64,000 nt of DNA from Bacteroidales bacterium (GTDB lineage: Bacteria > Bacteroidota > Bacteroidia > Bacteroidales > Marinilabiliaceae), in the NCBI GenBank assembly GCA_024401415.1, contig JAKSLC010000001.1, forward strand, positions 564 through 64,563, read 5' to 3'. Position numbers and translations under genes: made by a program. The notes below the pieces were generated by a model. The model saw only the letters and a list, made by a program, of their open reading frames with translations, did no database searches and was not told the origin of the DNA. Below, piece by piece: positions 27,979 through 38,377 of the stretch (within the stretch, counting starts at the first letter, position 1; each line of letters opens with the position of its first letter).

Positions 27979-28008
27979 AAAAAAAGGAGACCCCTAACGG
28001 AGTCTCCT
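27979..28008 (-). terminator. Rho-independent terminator after susD
   Basis: On the minus strand, AGGAGAC-N10-GTCTCCT is followed by TTTTTTT. A second hairpin, TTATGCTA/TAGCATAA, lies at 27959-27980. Confidence 0.65.
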
Positions 28009-28029
28009 AAAATATTTGAGTCGAACGAA

Positions 28030-29778
28030 TTACTCGCTCCAACCTGTATGCTGCTTAAGACTTGGATTAAGAGCAAGAATATCAGCTGGGAATGGGAAGT
28101 ACTCATGCTTACCAACTACGAAGCCGAATTTGCCTTGAAGCTCTTTTACAGCTGAAAGTGGGTGGTGTGTTGTAGCTCTCAAGTGATGCTCTTTGCCTGT
28201 ATACTCTGTACCTGGTACAAAGTAGTCATCGAACAACAATGGAATATTATCTGTTACCTTGTCAAAGATACCCTTGATATCAAGTTTGTCATACTTATTC
28301 CAACGAACCAAATCGTGGAAACGACAACCCTCAAACCACAACTCATACTGCTTCTCATCCATGAGAGTCTGCATTGTAAGCTCAGTTACAGGAGCACCAG
28401 CACGCTCTTGAATCTTGTTCAAGTACTTCTTACCTTCGCCTGTATTACCATTCTTCAAACATGCCTCAGCATAGAGCAAGTATGCCTCACCAAGACGTGC
28501 AATCACAGTATTAGCCATACTACAGTTACGTGGAGACTTATCATTTGGAGTACAGATCATCTTGATCTCAATATTTACACCACGAGAGAATGAACCTGCG
28601 GTATTTTGTATACCACGCAATGGATCAGCTTCCTTCTCAGCAAGTGACATCTTTGTGCCATCTGCCTTATCATCTGAAGGCCAACCACAAAGTTCCTCAT
28701 CATAGAGCCACTCATCTGGTGTTAAGAATGTAGCCTTACGACGATAGCTATCACCCTCATTATCGTACATCTTGATAGCGAACTGGTCGTTAATAGCGCC
28801 ACCGCCCCAGCCACCGATTGCTTCAATCTTAGGCTGTCTTGGCATATCATCACCACGCCAGTTTACTACGTTATTGAACATCCAACCACCGCGCATGTTC
28901 TCCCACCAGTCATCACCGTTAGATGGAGTGTAAGCAACATTCAACTCGAAAATCTTCTCCTCGCAGCCGTCACCCTCAACATGGAAGAGGTCACGGAAAC
29001 GCTCACCTGGAACAAGCGCATAGTTAGAAGACTCAACAAGTGGCTTCAAATACTTCTCTGCAGCTGCATAATCGCCTTTAAACATAGCACACTTACCCAA
29101 CATAAATTGAGCAAAGCCCTTTGTTATAGTATAGCAACCTGCAACATCAGATGGACCTTGACGCTCTGCCAAATTATCAATTACTGACTCAATCTCATTA
29201 ATACACCAAGTAAGAATTGCCTCTTGGCTTTCTGCATTTGCAGGATAATCCTCAGCACCAATAATTTCAGGAACCATTGGAGGATTGTCAAAAGTAAGAG
29301 CCAACATCATGTGCAAATATGCTGTAAGTACAGTAGCCTCTGCTACAACTCTAGCCTTTACTTTTGTATCAGGCTTAACATTTGCTCTAATCAAGTTACA
29401 GTTGTATATAGCAGCATAGTAACGCTGATATAGAGCCTTCAACTGTGGATTTGCAGCATCGTAACGGAACTCATCGAACTGACGCTGATCAAAGTGGTCA
29501 TTAATATCACCACCAGCAGAGAAAACGTCATCTGAAGAATAGTTCAATAGAAGAATTTGTGGGCTACCAAAGCCACAACCATCACCCCAGTCAGCTGCTG
29601 CAATCTTGTTAAAGAACTGTGCATAGCATGATGTAAGGATTGACTCTGCATCCTCATCTGTCTTGTAGAAATCTTCAGTAGAAGAAGATGCCTTCTGCTT
29701 AATATCAAGGCGCTCCTCATCACAAGCTGTGACAGCAAGACATGCGCCTGCAGTTAGTATATATAATAACTTTTTCAT
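28030..29778 (-). CDS. susD: SusD/RagB family nutrient-binding outer-membrane lipoprotein
   Basis: Lipobox AVTACDE; 582 aa TPR-like SusD architecture; 20 nt downstream of susC. Confidence 0.9.
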   Translation of the reverse strand: MKKLLYILTAGACLAVTACDEERLDIKQKASSSTEDFYKTDEDAESILTSCYAQFFNKIAAADWGDGCGFGSPQILLLNYSSDDVFSAGGDINDHFDQRQFDEFRYDAANPQLKALYQRYYAAIYNCNLIRANVKPDTKVKARVVAEATVLTAYLHMMLALTFDNPPMVPEIIGAEDYPANAESQEAILTWCINEIESVIDNLAERQGPSDVAGCYTITKGFAQFMLGKCAMFKGDYAAAEKYLKPLVESSNYALVPGERFRDLFHVEGDGCEEKIFELNVAYTPSNGDDWWENMRGGWMFNNVVNWRGDDMPRQPKIEAIGGWGGGAINDQFAIKMYDNEGDSYRRKATFLTPDEWLYDEELCGWPSDDKADGTKMSLAEKEADPLRGIQNTAGSFSRGVNIEIKMICTPNDKSPRNCSMANTVIARLGEAYLLYAEACLKNGNTGEGKKYLNKIQERAGAPVTELTMQTLMDEKQYELWFEGCRFHDLVRWNKYDKLDIKGIFDKVTDNIPLLFDDYFVPGTEYTGKEHHLRATTHHPLSAVKELQGKFGFVVGKHEYFPFPADILALNPSLKQHTGWSE

Positions 29779-29798
29779 AATAAATCAATTTGACTCAT

Positions 29799-32700
29799 TT
29801 AGAATGTAACATTTACACCCAATACCATCTTACGCATTGTAGGATATGCGCCGCTATCCATACCTGGACCATTGCTACCCATTTGTGCAGTCTCAGGATC
29901 AAGACCTGGATAGCTTGTGAATGTAAAGAAGTCATCAAGCGAGATGTAGCAACGTAGGGCCTGGATAAATGCCTTAGATGTAATAGCCTTAGGAAGTGTG
30001 TAGCCTAACTGCATTTGCTTAATCTTGAAGTATGAACCATCAAAGATGTTAGCTGTAGAAGACCAGAACTGCTCACTACCAGCGATTTCACTTGGCTTAG
30101 GCAAGTTACCCTTCTTAGCCTCATCATAGAAATATCTGCTGCAGTTTGAATAGCCCTCACGATACATACCATAGTAGATATCGTTACCTGCTGCACCTGT
30201 ACCAAACAATGTGAAGTCAACGCCCTTATATGCAAGGTTCAATGTGATACCATATGTTACATCAGGTACACCATAGCCAACATTCATACGGTCATTGTTA
30301 TCGATAATGCCATCGTTATTCTTGTCATAATACTTAGCGCTACCATCTTCATTCTTACCAAGGTACTTATAACCGTACATATACCAGATAGGCTCACCCT
30401 TCTCGAATTGTGTAGTCAACTTTGTATAGTTAGAACCACCGATTGCAGCACCTTGCATACGCTTAATAGACTTAGCAAGATATGTTACCTCATTCTTCAA
30501 TGTTGCAAAGTTTGCAGATACAGAATAGCTTAAGTCACCTATCTTGTCTTTCCAAGTTGCCTCTAACTCAAAACCCTTATTCTCTACCTCACCAGCGTTC
30601 AATACCATTGATGATACACCAGACTCTGGCAAACATGGAGCATTAACCAAAAGGTCTTTAGTAAGCTTTCTATAATAATCCAAACCAACTGTCAAACGAT
30701 CACTCAAGAAACGAGCATCCAAACCAAGGTCAACCTGCTCTGATGTCTCCCACTTGAGGTTTGGGTTAGCTACGCCATTTGGCTTAGAACCCAATACCAA
30801 TGACTCAGTAGCACCTGACTGATACCAATCAGAGTTAACTGCCAATGTAGTAGCATACTTGTAACCGCTCAAGATATTAACGTTACCGTTACGACCCCAA
30901 GAACCACGAACCTTCAAGAATGAAAGAACACTTGAATCAATATTATCCTTCATGAAGCCCTCATTGCTGATTGTCCAACCTGCAGATACTGAAGGGAAAT
31001 TACCCCAACGATTCTTCTTAGCCAACTTAGATGCATCAAAAGCATCCGAGCGGAAGTTGAACTGTACATTATATCGGCTATCGTATGAATATGACAAACG
31101 ACCGAAGTATGAAAGGCTAGTAGCAACACCTGGCATATTACCAATGTTCTTAGTAGTCTTTGAAGTCTTAGTTGCGTCTGCATAGTCAACGCCCTCATTC
31201 TTAACCTGGCTGAGGTAACGATAGTTGACATCATATGAATTCATGATATCCTGACCCTTTGCAGATGCGTTAGTACCATCTGTATTGGTCTGACGGAATG
31301 CCATACCGACCATTGCACCAACATTGTGAACATCATTAAATGTCTTATTGAAGTTCGCAAAGTTCTCCCATTGGTAGTAGATGCTGTTGTTGCTATCAGC
31401 AGAAATATTGAATTCCTCCTCCTTAGCCTGCTCTGATACGTAGTATGGCTCGTTCCATCCATGGTTATTGCTAAATGACAAACGATAACCAAAACGTGAT
31501 GTTACGGTAAGGAAATCAAATGGAGTGAGGTTTGCAAAGACAGAACCATTGATATTCACACCATTGCTTGTACCAAATGCTCTATCCTTCTGGATGAATG
31601 GGCTACCACCCGATAGACGCTGATTGAAGAATGAAGTAGCATAATACTTTGTGATGTTGCCATCAGCATCCTTTTCTCCATAGAATGCATATGGCTTGCC
31701 TCCTGCCTGAACTTCATCAAACTTTGTCTTCATTGCAGGAATCATCTGATCTGCAGAATCCCAATATACAGGAGTAAGAGGATCAATCAAGAGCAACATT
31801 TCAAATGCTGTACCATAACCTTGCTCTGAGATGCTTGATGTACGCCACTTCTCGATAGATGTGTTAGTACCAACCTGCAACCAATCCTTAACTTTGTAAT
31901 CAGCATTGATTTGACCTGTCAAACGCTCGTAAACGTCCTTCTTGCCCTTTACGATACCATCCTGATTTACGTAGTTGATATTTAGGAAGTAGTTACCACG
32001 GTCGTTGCCACCTGCGAATGACAATGAGTGTTGCTGGCTCCATGAATTAGCCATAAACTCACTAAGCCAATCTGTATCTGTCTTAGGATTCCAGCCATAA
32101 AGATTCTTAGCTGTCTCCATATCTGTATCGATTGGCTCACCCAACATACGCATCCACTCAATAAACTCACTTGCATTGAGCAACTCTGGAACTTTACCGA
32201 GGCTTTGGTTTGTCCACTTACCGCTATATGTAATAGTACCCTCGCCTTTGTGCTTAGAACCACTCTTTGTTGTAATAAGAACGACACCATTACCAGCCTC
32301 TGCACCATAGATAGCAGCTGAAGCAGCATCCTTCAAAACCTCCATACTCTCGATGAGTTCTGGATCAAGGTATTGAATACTGCTAACCTGCAAACCATCA
32401 ACGATCAAAAGTGGACCAATCTTGTCTGAGTTTGATGAGTAACCACGAACGCGGATTGAAGCACCCTGACCTGGCTTACCTGATGAATTGATAATCTGAA
32501 CACCTGCAGCCTTACCTTGAAGTGCAGCAGCAGCATCTGTTGTAGAAAGGCCTTGGATATCATCACCACTAACCTTTGCTACAGATCCTGTCAAATCACT
32601 CTTCCTCTGGAAACCATAACCTACTGCTACGACCTCATCGATGAGCTCCGAGTCACTCTTAAGAACAACATTAATTGATGTACGGCCTGCTACAGCTTCC

Positions 32701-32972
32701 TCTGCTGTCTCATAACCAATAAAAGAATAAACGAGTACGGCATCTGATGGAGCAGAAATAGTATACTTACCATCAATATCCGTAATGGTGCCTGTAGTAG
32801 TTCCTTTTACTAATACATTAACACCAGGAATAGGTTCATTAGTGGACCCGTCTGTTACAACACCACTAACTTGACTTTGAGCCCACGAAAGGGTAGACAC
32901 ACAAGCCATGAGTACTAACATCGCAGTTCCCCTACGAAGCAATGTCAGACTTTTCATTAATAGGTTCTTCAT
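29799..32972 (-). CDS. susC: SusC/RagA family TonB-dependent outer-membrane transporter
   Basis: Signal peptide, carboxypeptidase-regulatory-like domain (VSGVVTDGSTNEPIPGVNVLVKGT), TonB box/plug (DEVVAVGYG), C-terminal ...LGVNVTF. No STN domain. ATG 32972 is preferred. Confidence 0.92.
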   Translation of the reverse strand: MKNLLMKSLTLLRRGTAMLVLMACVSTLSWAQSQVSGVVTDGSTNEPIPGVNVLVKGTTTGTITDIDGKYTISAPSDAVLVYSFIGYETAEEAVAGRTSINVVLKSDSELIDEVVAVGYGFQRKSDLTGSVAKVSGDDIQGLSTTDAAAALQGKAAGVQIINSSGKPGQGASIRVRGYSSNSDKIGPLLIVDGLQVSSIQYLDPELIESMEVLKDAASAAIYGAEAGNGVVLITTKSGSKHKGEGTITYSGKWTNQSLGKVPELLNASEFIEWMRMLGEPIDTDMETAKNLYGWNPKTDTDWLSEFMANSWSQQHSLSFAGGNDRGNYFLNINYVNQDGIVKGKKDVYERLTGQINADYKVKDWLQVGTNTSIEKWRTSSISEQGYGTAFEMLLLIDPLTPVYWDSADQMIPAMKTKFDEVQAGGKPYAFYGEKDADGNITKYYATSFFNQRLSGGSPFIQKDRAFGTSNGVNINGSVFANLTPFDFLTVTSRFGYRLSFSNNHGWNEPYYVSEQAKEEEFNISADSNNSIYYQWENFANFNKTFNDVHNVGAMVGMAFRQTNTDGTNASAKGQDIMNSYDVNYRYLSQVKNEGVDYADATKTSKTTKNIGNMPGVATSLSYFGRLSYSYDSRYNVQFNFRSDAFDASKLAKKNRWGNFPSVSAGWTISNEGFMKDNIDSSVLSFLKVRGSWGRNGNVNILSGYKYATTLAVNSDWYQSGATESLVLGSKPNGVANPNLKWETSEQVDLGLDARFLSDRLTVGLDYYRKLTKDLLVNAPCLPESGVSSMVLNAGEVENKGFELEATWKDKIGDLSYSVSANFATLKNEVTYLAKSIKRMQGAAIGGSNYTKLTTQFEKGEPIWYMYGYKYLGKNEDGSAKYYDKNNDGIIDNNDRMNVGYGVPDVTYGITLNLAYKGVDFTLFGTGAAGNDIYYGMYREGYSNCSRYFYDEAKKGNLPKPSEIAGSEQFWSSTANIFDGSYFKIKQMQLGYTLPKAITSKAFIQALRCYISLDDFFTFTSYPGLDPETAQMGSNGPGMDSGAYPTMRKMVLGVNVTF

Positions 32973-33240
32973 ACCTGATACTTGTTTATTAAACTGAGTG
33001 AAATTTTGTGTTAACATTCGTAAATGAGCTAATAGACGTTTGTGAATAAGTCTTTACTAATCGTGTCAACGGCGCAAAGTTGTTAACTAAATTTAATACT
33101 TCAAAGGGCCTAAATCAAAAACAGTCGCTACATACATTTTTTACAAAGCTTTTGTAACGCAGATTGAAAATTCCACGCACAAAAGCCCAATTTTCTTTTT
33201 TGATCTATGTAACGTACGGTAAAAAAAATGATACAAGAAA

Positions 33241-33274
33241 TAAAAAAGAGCCTCACTTACAAGCGAGGCTCTCT
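33241..33274 (-). terminator. Rho-independent terminator of the parAB-DUF5683 operon
   Basis: AGAGCCTC (33247-33254) / GAGGCTCT (33265-33272); T-run on the minus strand (plus-strand A-run 33242-33247). Confidence 0.65.
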
Positions 33275-33301
33275 ATAAATAATCTCCTGGATAGATATTT
33301 C

Positions 33302-34057
33302 TTAAAACGATATCGATACTGTTGCGCCTATCAATGGACCGTTATTGTCTTGCATAATAAGCGGACTCCATTGAAATGCTAAATCTTCCGATACATCAAA
33401 ATCATGAAAATGTGCATCAACACAAGCATCTACTAGTTGAACCACATACATTCCTATCATACCGAAGAAAGACAGATCTCTATACCTACGATATTTGTTC
33501 ATCTTATTTTCCAACTGAGCCTTAAACCACTTTGCATATTGCCCGTCTCCAATAAAATTACTAATATCCAGATTTGTGCTCAGCTTTTTTTCAAAGACTG
33601 TTTCATAAAACCTATTGTTTGGATCCTGAGAAACCAAGTCCCTATATCCTCTCCGGTAGAACTTATAATGCCAATTGTTGAAATCAATAGAATAAACCAA
33701 GGCTGCTATTCCACCATATACAAATGGCAATTTCCAGTACTTGCGATTATATATCTGTCCCAAGCCCGGCACTATAGCAGCAAACATTGTAGCAGTATGT
33801 GGATTAATACGCATATCCGCTACCGAAACAGATTTCATTATAGTCGTGTCTCCTGACCGATATATAATTAAGGTATCTGTCCCTTCTAATTTCTTTAAGG
33901 GAATCTTTGCACCTTCTATTTGAGCCCCAGAAGACTGCGCATGCACACAACAAGCAGTGCCGGCCATAAAGACCAGCACAACAATAAGGCACGTATATCG
34001 TGCAATTCGTGTAATGATGTTCGTTGTTATCAATCTATTGCGTATAATAAGGTACAA
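33302..34057 (-). CDS. DUF5683-like membrane protein
   Basis: AAIVPGLGQIYNRKYWKLPFVYGG motif; position directly after parB is typical for Bacteroidota. The start is TTG at 34057, because the first ATG would remove the signal segment. Confidence 0.65.
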   Translation of the reverse strand: MYLIIRNRLITTNIITRIARYTCLIVVLVFMAGTACCVHAQSSGAQIEGAKIPLKKLEGTDTLIIYRSGDTTIMKSVSVADMRINPHTATMFAAIVPGLGQIYNRKYWKLPFVYGGIAALVYSIDFNNWHYKFYRRGYRDLVSQDPNNRFYETVFEKKLSTNLDISNFIGDGQYAKWFKAQLENKMNKYRRYRDLSFFGMIGMYVVQLVDACVDAHFHDFDVSEDLAFQWSPLIMQDNNGPLIGATVSISF

Positions 34058-34063
34058 TCCTTA

Positions 34064-34972
34064 CTATTCATTTTTATTATCAAGGAGAAGTGTCTCAAGA
34101 ATCTTGTTCAGTTCATCGTCTGACGCGAACGGAATAGTAATCTTGCCCTTACCAGAGTCAGCCCTATCCAATTTAATGTCACTCTTCTTAAAGAAGGAAC
34201 AAAACTGAGATTTTATCTCTTCATATACAGGAGCTAGATTCTTTTTTACCTTCTTCGCTGACTGACTCGTTGCGTTCGAATCATCTTGCGAATTCTCCTC
34301 TTTGTATTGGCGAACTAAGTCTTCTATACGGCGAACCGAATACCCAAACTCTACAGTTTGCTGATACAATGATATCTGAATCTCAGGGTCATCAATGCCC
34401 ATAATAGCTCGAGCATGGCCCATAGAGAGCTCCTTAGATCTTAATGCTTGCTGAATCTCTGGAGGCAATTTAAGTAAACGAAGCGAGTTGGCAATAGTCG
34501 AACGCGACTTACCTACTCTTTCACCCATATTCTCCTGTGTGAGATTGCACTCATCTATGAGTCTCTGATAACTCAAAGCCTCTTCTATAGGATTAAGGTC
34601 TGCTCGCTGGATATTCTCAACCAATGCCAATTCAAGCATCTTGTCGTCATCAGTATCCCTGATGTACGCAGGCACCTTGTCCAATCCTGCCATCTGCGAT
34701 GCACGGAGACGACGCTCTCCAGCTATAACTTGGTATTTGTGCTCTCCTAGTCGACGAAGTGTCAATGGTTGTATAATACCCATTGCACGGATAGAAGTCG
34801 CCAACCTCTCAAGTTCATCTTGATCAAAGTCTGTACGTGGCTGCCATGGGTTCGTCTCAATTTCTGATACCGGTATCTCATTTATTGCTGTCTTCTGTGG
34901 CTGCTGAGCTACATATTCAGACGAATCAATAATCGCCCCTAATCCACGTCCCAATCCAGATGGCTTCTTCAT
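34064..34972 (-). CDS. parB: chromosome partitioning protein ParB
   Basis: GLGRGLGAII, IQPLTLR, VIAGERRLRAS, HTH region; 302 aa. Confidence 0.92.
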   Translation of the reverse strand: MKKPSGLGRGLGAIIDSSEYVAQQPQKTAINEIPVSEIETNPWQPRTDFDQDELERLATSIRAMGIIQPLTLRRLGEHKYQVIAGERRLRASQMAGLDKVPAYIRDTDDDKMLELALVENIQRADLNPIEEALSYQRLIDECNLTQENMGERVGKSRSTIANSLRLLKLPPEIQQALRSKELSMGHARAIMGIDDPEIQISLYQQTVEFGYSVRRIEDLVRQYKEENSQDDSNATSQSAKKVKKNLAPVYEEIKSQFCSFFKKSDIKLDRADSGKGKITIPFASDDELNKILETLLLDNKNE

Positions 34973-35028
34973 ATCTCTTTCTATATATATATCGCTTTTA
35001 TATTATACTAACTATTCACTGACGCCTA

Positions 35029-35808
35029 TTAGGCATTCTTGGCTGATTCCTTTGCTAACAATTCTTTTGCCAAGGACAGATAATTCTGCGCACCTTTCGA
35101 TACAGCATCATAAGTAATACATGGCTGTCCATGACTAGGAGCCTCAGACAACCTTACATTACGCGCTATCAATGTGTCAAACACCAACTCCTTAAACTGT
35201 GTCTTGACTTCCTCCAACACTTGCTCAGAAAGCTTATTTCGCTGGTCATACATTGTGAGCAAGAAGCCCTCAATATCCAAGTCTGGATGCAACACATTCT
35301 GAATCATCATTATCGTCTTGAGAAGTTTCGACAATCCCTCAAGAGCAAAATATTCACACTGAACTGGAATGATTACTGAATCTGCAGCAACTAAGGCATT
35401 AACCGTAATCAATCCTAAACTAGGACAGCAATCTATCAGAATATAGTCGTAATCATCTTTTAGCTTCTCTACCAAACGCTTCATGATTCTTTCTCGATCC
35501 GACTTATTCAGAAGTTCAACTTCTGCTCCAACCAAATCGATGTGAGAAGGCAATACATAAAGACCTTCAATGTCTTCATATTTCAAACATGCCGTCTTTG
35601 GATCAGCATCATCTATCAAACACTCATAAATTGAGGTCTCCACACTACGCAAATCAAACCCCAAGCCAGATGTCGTATTCGCCTGTGGGTCGGCATCAAT
35701 GATCAGAACCTTCTTCTCCAATACAGCCAATGAGGCAGCAAGGTTGATGGCAGTAGTCGTCTTACCAACTCCACCCTTCTGATTAGCTATTGCAATAACT
35801 TTTCCCAT
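35029..35808 (-). CDS. parA: chromosome partitioning ATPase ParA/Soj
   Basis: Deviant Walker [17 protein letters not shown]; 259 aa. Confidence 0.93.
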   Translation of the reverse strand: MGKVIAIANQKGGVGKTTTAINLAASLAVLEKKVLIIDADPQANTTSGLGFDLRSVETSIYECLIDDADPKTACLKYEDIEGLYVLPSHIDLVGAEVELLNKSDRERIMKRLVEKLKDDYDYILIDCCPSLGLITVNALVAADSVIIPVQCEYFALEGLSKLLKTIMMIQNVLHPDLDIEGFLLTMYDQRNKLSEQVLEEVKTQFKELVFDTLIARNVRLSEAPSHGQPCITYDAVSKGAQNYLSLAKELLAKESAKNA

Positions 35809-35837
35809 AATCTTTTCGTCATTGATACAAATTAGTG

Positions 35838-35845
35838 CAAAGGTA
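35838..35845 (-). promoter_or_regulatory. -7 box (TACCTTTG on minus strand) for parA
   Basis: CAAAGGTA on the plus strand, 30 nt upstream of ATG 35808. Confidence 0.4.
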
Positions 35846-35876
35846 AGAAAATATTCTTTCTTTCCTCATTTATATG

Positions 35877-35884
35877 TACATTTG
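35877..35884 (+). promoter_or_regulatory. -7 box TAnnTTTG for birA
   Basis: TACATTTG lies 37 nt upstream of ATG 35921. Confidence 0.4.
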
Positions 35885-35920
35885 TCGTATCGTAATATCG
35901 GATTTTTACTGACTTTCAAT

Positions 35921-36703
35921 ATGAAAAGCGCTACTATCAGACACTTACAAGAGGTCGACTCCACTAATTCAGAGATGAAACGCTGGCTTGGCGTTTGTCC
36001 TAACCTGTTAAGCCATTCATGCGTTTACGCCGACTTCCAAGTATCAGGCAGAGGACAAATCGGAAATTCATGGGAGAGCGAACGCAATGCAAATATCTTA
36101 CTAAGCATCTTGTACAGACCCACAGAACCTATGCACGTTCGCCGCCAGTTCGATATATCTATGGCAGCCGCTTTAGCTGTCAAAGCAACAATAGAAAAGT
36201 ATATACCCAAAACTGAAAAGGTATCAGTCAAATGGCCTAATGATGTTTACGTCGGAGAGAAGAAAATTTGCGGCATCTTAATAGAGAATACTTTATGTGG
36301 AGCAAATATAGGGTATTCAATTGTGGGAATCGGATTGAATGTCAACCAAAAGAGGTTCGTTTCTAATGCCCCAAATCCTGTTTCAATTTACCAGATCATT
36401 TCAAAAAATTGCGATGAAGAAGAGGTTAGACAGAGTCTACAAAGGGAGTTCATAAGGTACACAGGCTACATTCCCGACAATACAGAAGCCCTGCACAAAG
36501 AGTACATAAAAGCATTGTTTAGAGCAGATGGCAATTTGCACGAATGGGCCCTACCTTCAGGAGAACATATAATGGCAAAGATTATCGACACAATGCCTAC
36601 AGGACATATCATAATTGAAAGACAAAATGGAGAACAGCTCTCTTTCGCATTCAAGGAAATATCGCACGTCATAAAACTAACTGCTTCCGACTTGCTCACC
36701 TAA
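35921..36703 (+). CDS. birA: biotin--[acetyl-CoA-carboxylase] ligase (class I, no HTH)
   Basis: GRGQIGNSWES (GRGRxGRxW-type) and KWPNDVY motifs. ATG 35921 is preferred because the track extension runs over the promoter box. Confidence 0.85.
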   Translation: MKSATIRHLQEVDSTNSEMKRWLGVCPNLLSHSCVYADFQVSGRGQIGNSWESERNANILLSILYRPTEPMHVRRQFDISMAAALAVKATIEKYIPKTEKVSVKWPNDVYVGEKKICGILIENTLCGANIGYSIVGIGLNVNQKRFVSNAPNPVSIYQIISKNCDEEEVRQSLQREFIRYTGYIPDNTEALHKEYIKALFRADGNLHEWALPSGEHIMAKIIDTMPTGHIIIERQNGEQLSFAFKEISHVIKLTASDLLT

Positions 36704-36795
36704 TTACCGACAAGAGCATATACTCACAATGTGGGTTTATACACTATTTAAGAAAAGTTTTGCTGTCAGAATTTGCAAAAAGACATTTGACGTAT

Positions 36796-36803
36796 TATCT
36801 TTG
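36796..36803 (+). promoter_or_regulatory. -7 box TAnnTTTG (with TTTG -33 element at 36772-36775) for tRNA-Leu
   Basis: TATCTTTG lies 23 nt upstream of the tRNA 5' end, with 20-nt spacing to the upstream TTTG. Confidence 0.45.
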
Positions 36804-36825
36804 CACCGCAATTCTCAAGAAAAAT

Positions 36826-36907
36826 GCGGATGTGGCGTAATTGGCAGCCGCGCTAGACTTAGGATCTAGTGTCGCAAGACTTGTGGGTTCGAGTCCCACC
36901 ATCCGCA
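36826..36907 (+). tRNA. tRNA-Leu (anticodon UAG)
   Basis: Acceptor GCGGATG/CATCCGC; anticodon stem CTAGA/TCTAG with loop CTTAGGA; long variable arm; T-arm GTGGG-TTCGAGT-CCCAC; discriminator A; CCA not encoded. Confidence 0.9.
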
Positions 36908-36946
36908 CTTATACTTCACTTTTATTTCACATTATTCATATTTGAA

Positions 36947-38284
36947 ATGAATATTTCTGCAGAAAACATCGATGCGCTCAACGTCGTGTTGACGATGACT
37001 ATTAGCAAGAGCGATTATCAAGCAAATGTAGAGCAGCAACTCAAAGAGGCTCGTAAAAACGCAGTAGTACCAGGTTTCCGTAAGGGTCACGCACCAGCAG
37101 GTATGATCAACAAAATGTATGGTGCTCAAGCTTTAGCACAGGAGTTCAACCGCGCTGTTGAGACTGGCCTCAAGAATCATATTATCGACAATAAGTTAGA
37201 GATCTTCGGCGAGCCTCTTCCTCATGAGGGCGAGCAGCCTGTTGACCTCGACAACCTCCAAGAGGAGACTGTAATGAAGTTCGATATTGCACTCCGTCCT
37301 ACAGTCGACGTCGATCTCAAGAAGGTAAAGGTTACATACTACGATATCGAATCTTCAGACGAAGACATCGAAAAGTTCAAGACATCTAAACTCGCACGCT
37401 ACTCTAAGCGTCAGGATGTTGAGGTATCTACAGAGGAAAGCATGCTTACAGCTTCTCTAAAGGCTGACGACTTCTCTAAGGATTCAACTCTCTTCGCTGT
37501 TAAGAACATCAACGACGCTAAGGTTAAGAAGCAGTTCGTTGGCGTAAAGGTTGGTGATGTCGTTAAGGCTAATCTCAAGAAAGCTTTTGAGAACAAGGCT
37601 GAACTCGCATACGTTCTCGGTATCGAAGAGGCTAAGGTTGATGAGGCAGCTGATAAGTACGAGGTTACTATCTCTGGCATCTCTGAATATGTTAACCCAG
37701 AACTCAACGAGGAGACTTTCAAACTCATGTATGGCGAGGACACAGAGATTAAGACTGTTGAGGCTTTCGAGGCTAAGTGCAAAGAGGAACTCGCTGCTCT
37801 TCTCGAAAACGATAGCCGTTACAAGTTCTCTCTCGACCTTCGCGAAGAACTTACCAAGGCTTGCAACGTAGCTCTCCCAGAGAACTTCCTTCGCCGTTGG
37901 ATCGAAATCGTAAACCGCGATAATGCTAAGATGACTCCAGAGGTATTCGAGGCTGAGTTTCCACGTTTCCTCGAAGATCTTAAGTGGCAGACAATTTCTA
38001 ACTCTGTAGTTAAGGCTGCTGGTATAGAACTTACTCCAGAGCTACTCCAGAAGTTTGCTCTCAAGGTAGCTCGTGCTCAATATGAGCGTTACGGTTTGAC
38101 TGGTTTGACAGACGAAGTTCTAGCTCCAATGGCTCAGAACATGCTTAAGGATCAGGAGCAACGTGAACACCTCGTTGAGGGCGCTGTAAGTGAGGCTATG
38201 ACTGAGTACGCTTTCAATAACGTTAAGTTGGCTCACAAGGCAATCTCTCGCGACAAGTTCGCTAAGCTTTTCGAAGAGAAGTAA
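36947..38284 (+). CDS. tig: trigger factor
   Basis: VPGFRKGHAP motif and Tig domain order. ATG 36947 is used because the longer GTG-initiated track ORF overlaps the tRNA. Confidence 0.9.
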   Translation: MNISAENIDALNVVLTMTISKSDYQANVEQQLKEARKNAVVPGFRKGHAPAGMINKMYGAQALAQEFNRAVETGLKNHIIDNKLEIFGEPLPHEGEQPVDLDNLQEETVMKFDIALRPTVDVDLKKVKVTYYDIESSDEDIEKFKTSKLARYSKRQDVEVSTEESMLTASLKADDFSKDSTLFAVKNINDAKVKKQFVGVKVGDVVKANLKKAFENKAELAYVLGIEEAKVDEAADKYEVTISGISEYVNPELNEETFKLMYGEDTEIKTVEAFEAKCKEELAALLENDSRYKFSLDLREELTKACNVALPENFLRRWIEIVNRDNAKMTPEVFEAEFPRFLEDLKWQTISNSVVKAAGIELTPELLQKFALKVARAQYERYGLTGLTDEVLAPMAQNMLKDQEQREHLVEGAVSEAMTEYAFNNVKLAHKAISRDKFAKLFEEK

Positions 38285-38313
38285 TTCGTAATAACGATTA
38301 CAATATTACACAT

Positions 38314-38350
38314 CGAAGACATTGCCCAATAGCAGTGTCTTCGGTTTTTT
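38314..38350 (+). terminator. Rho-independent terminator after tig
   Basis: CGAAGACA (38314-38321) / TGTCTTCG (38336-38343) followed by GTTTTTT. Confidence 0.7.
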
Positions 38351-38377
38351 GGTTTATAAACTATATACGTAAAACTT

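Noticed and set aside
29544-32329. Several 64-115-aa alternative-frame ORFs within susD and susC
   Set aside because: All are nested inside the well-supported SusC/SusD reading frames, and their translations are compositionally biased.
33164-33382. 72-aa plus-strand ORF in the susC upstream region
   Set aside because: It spans the parAB-operon terminator and runs antisense into the DUF5683 gene. It has no promoter box or features.
36869-36946. N-terminal extension of the tig ORF (GTG start at 36869)
   Set aside because: The extension overlaps the 3' half of tRNA-Leu. The conserved trigger factor sequence begins at ATG 36947.
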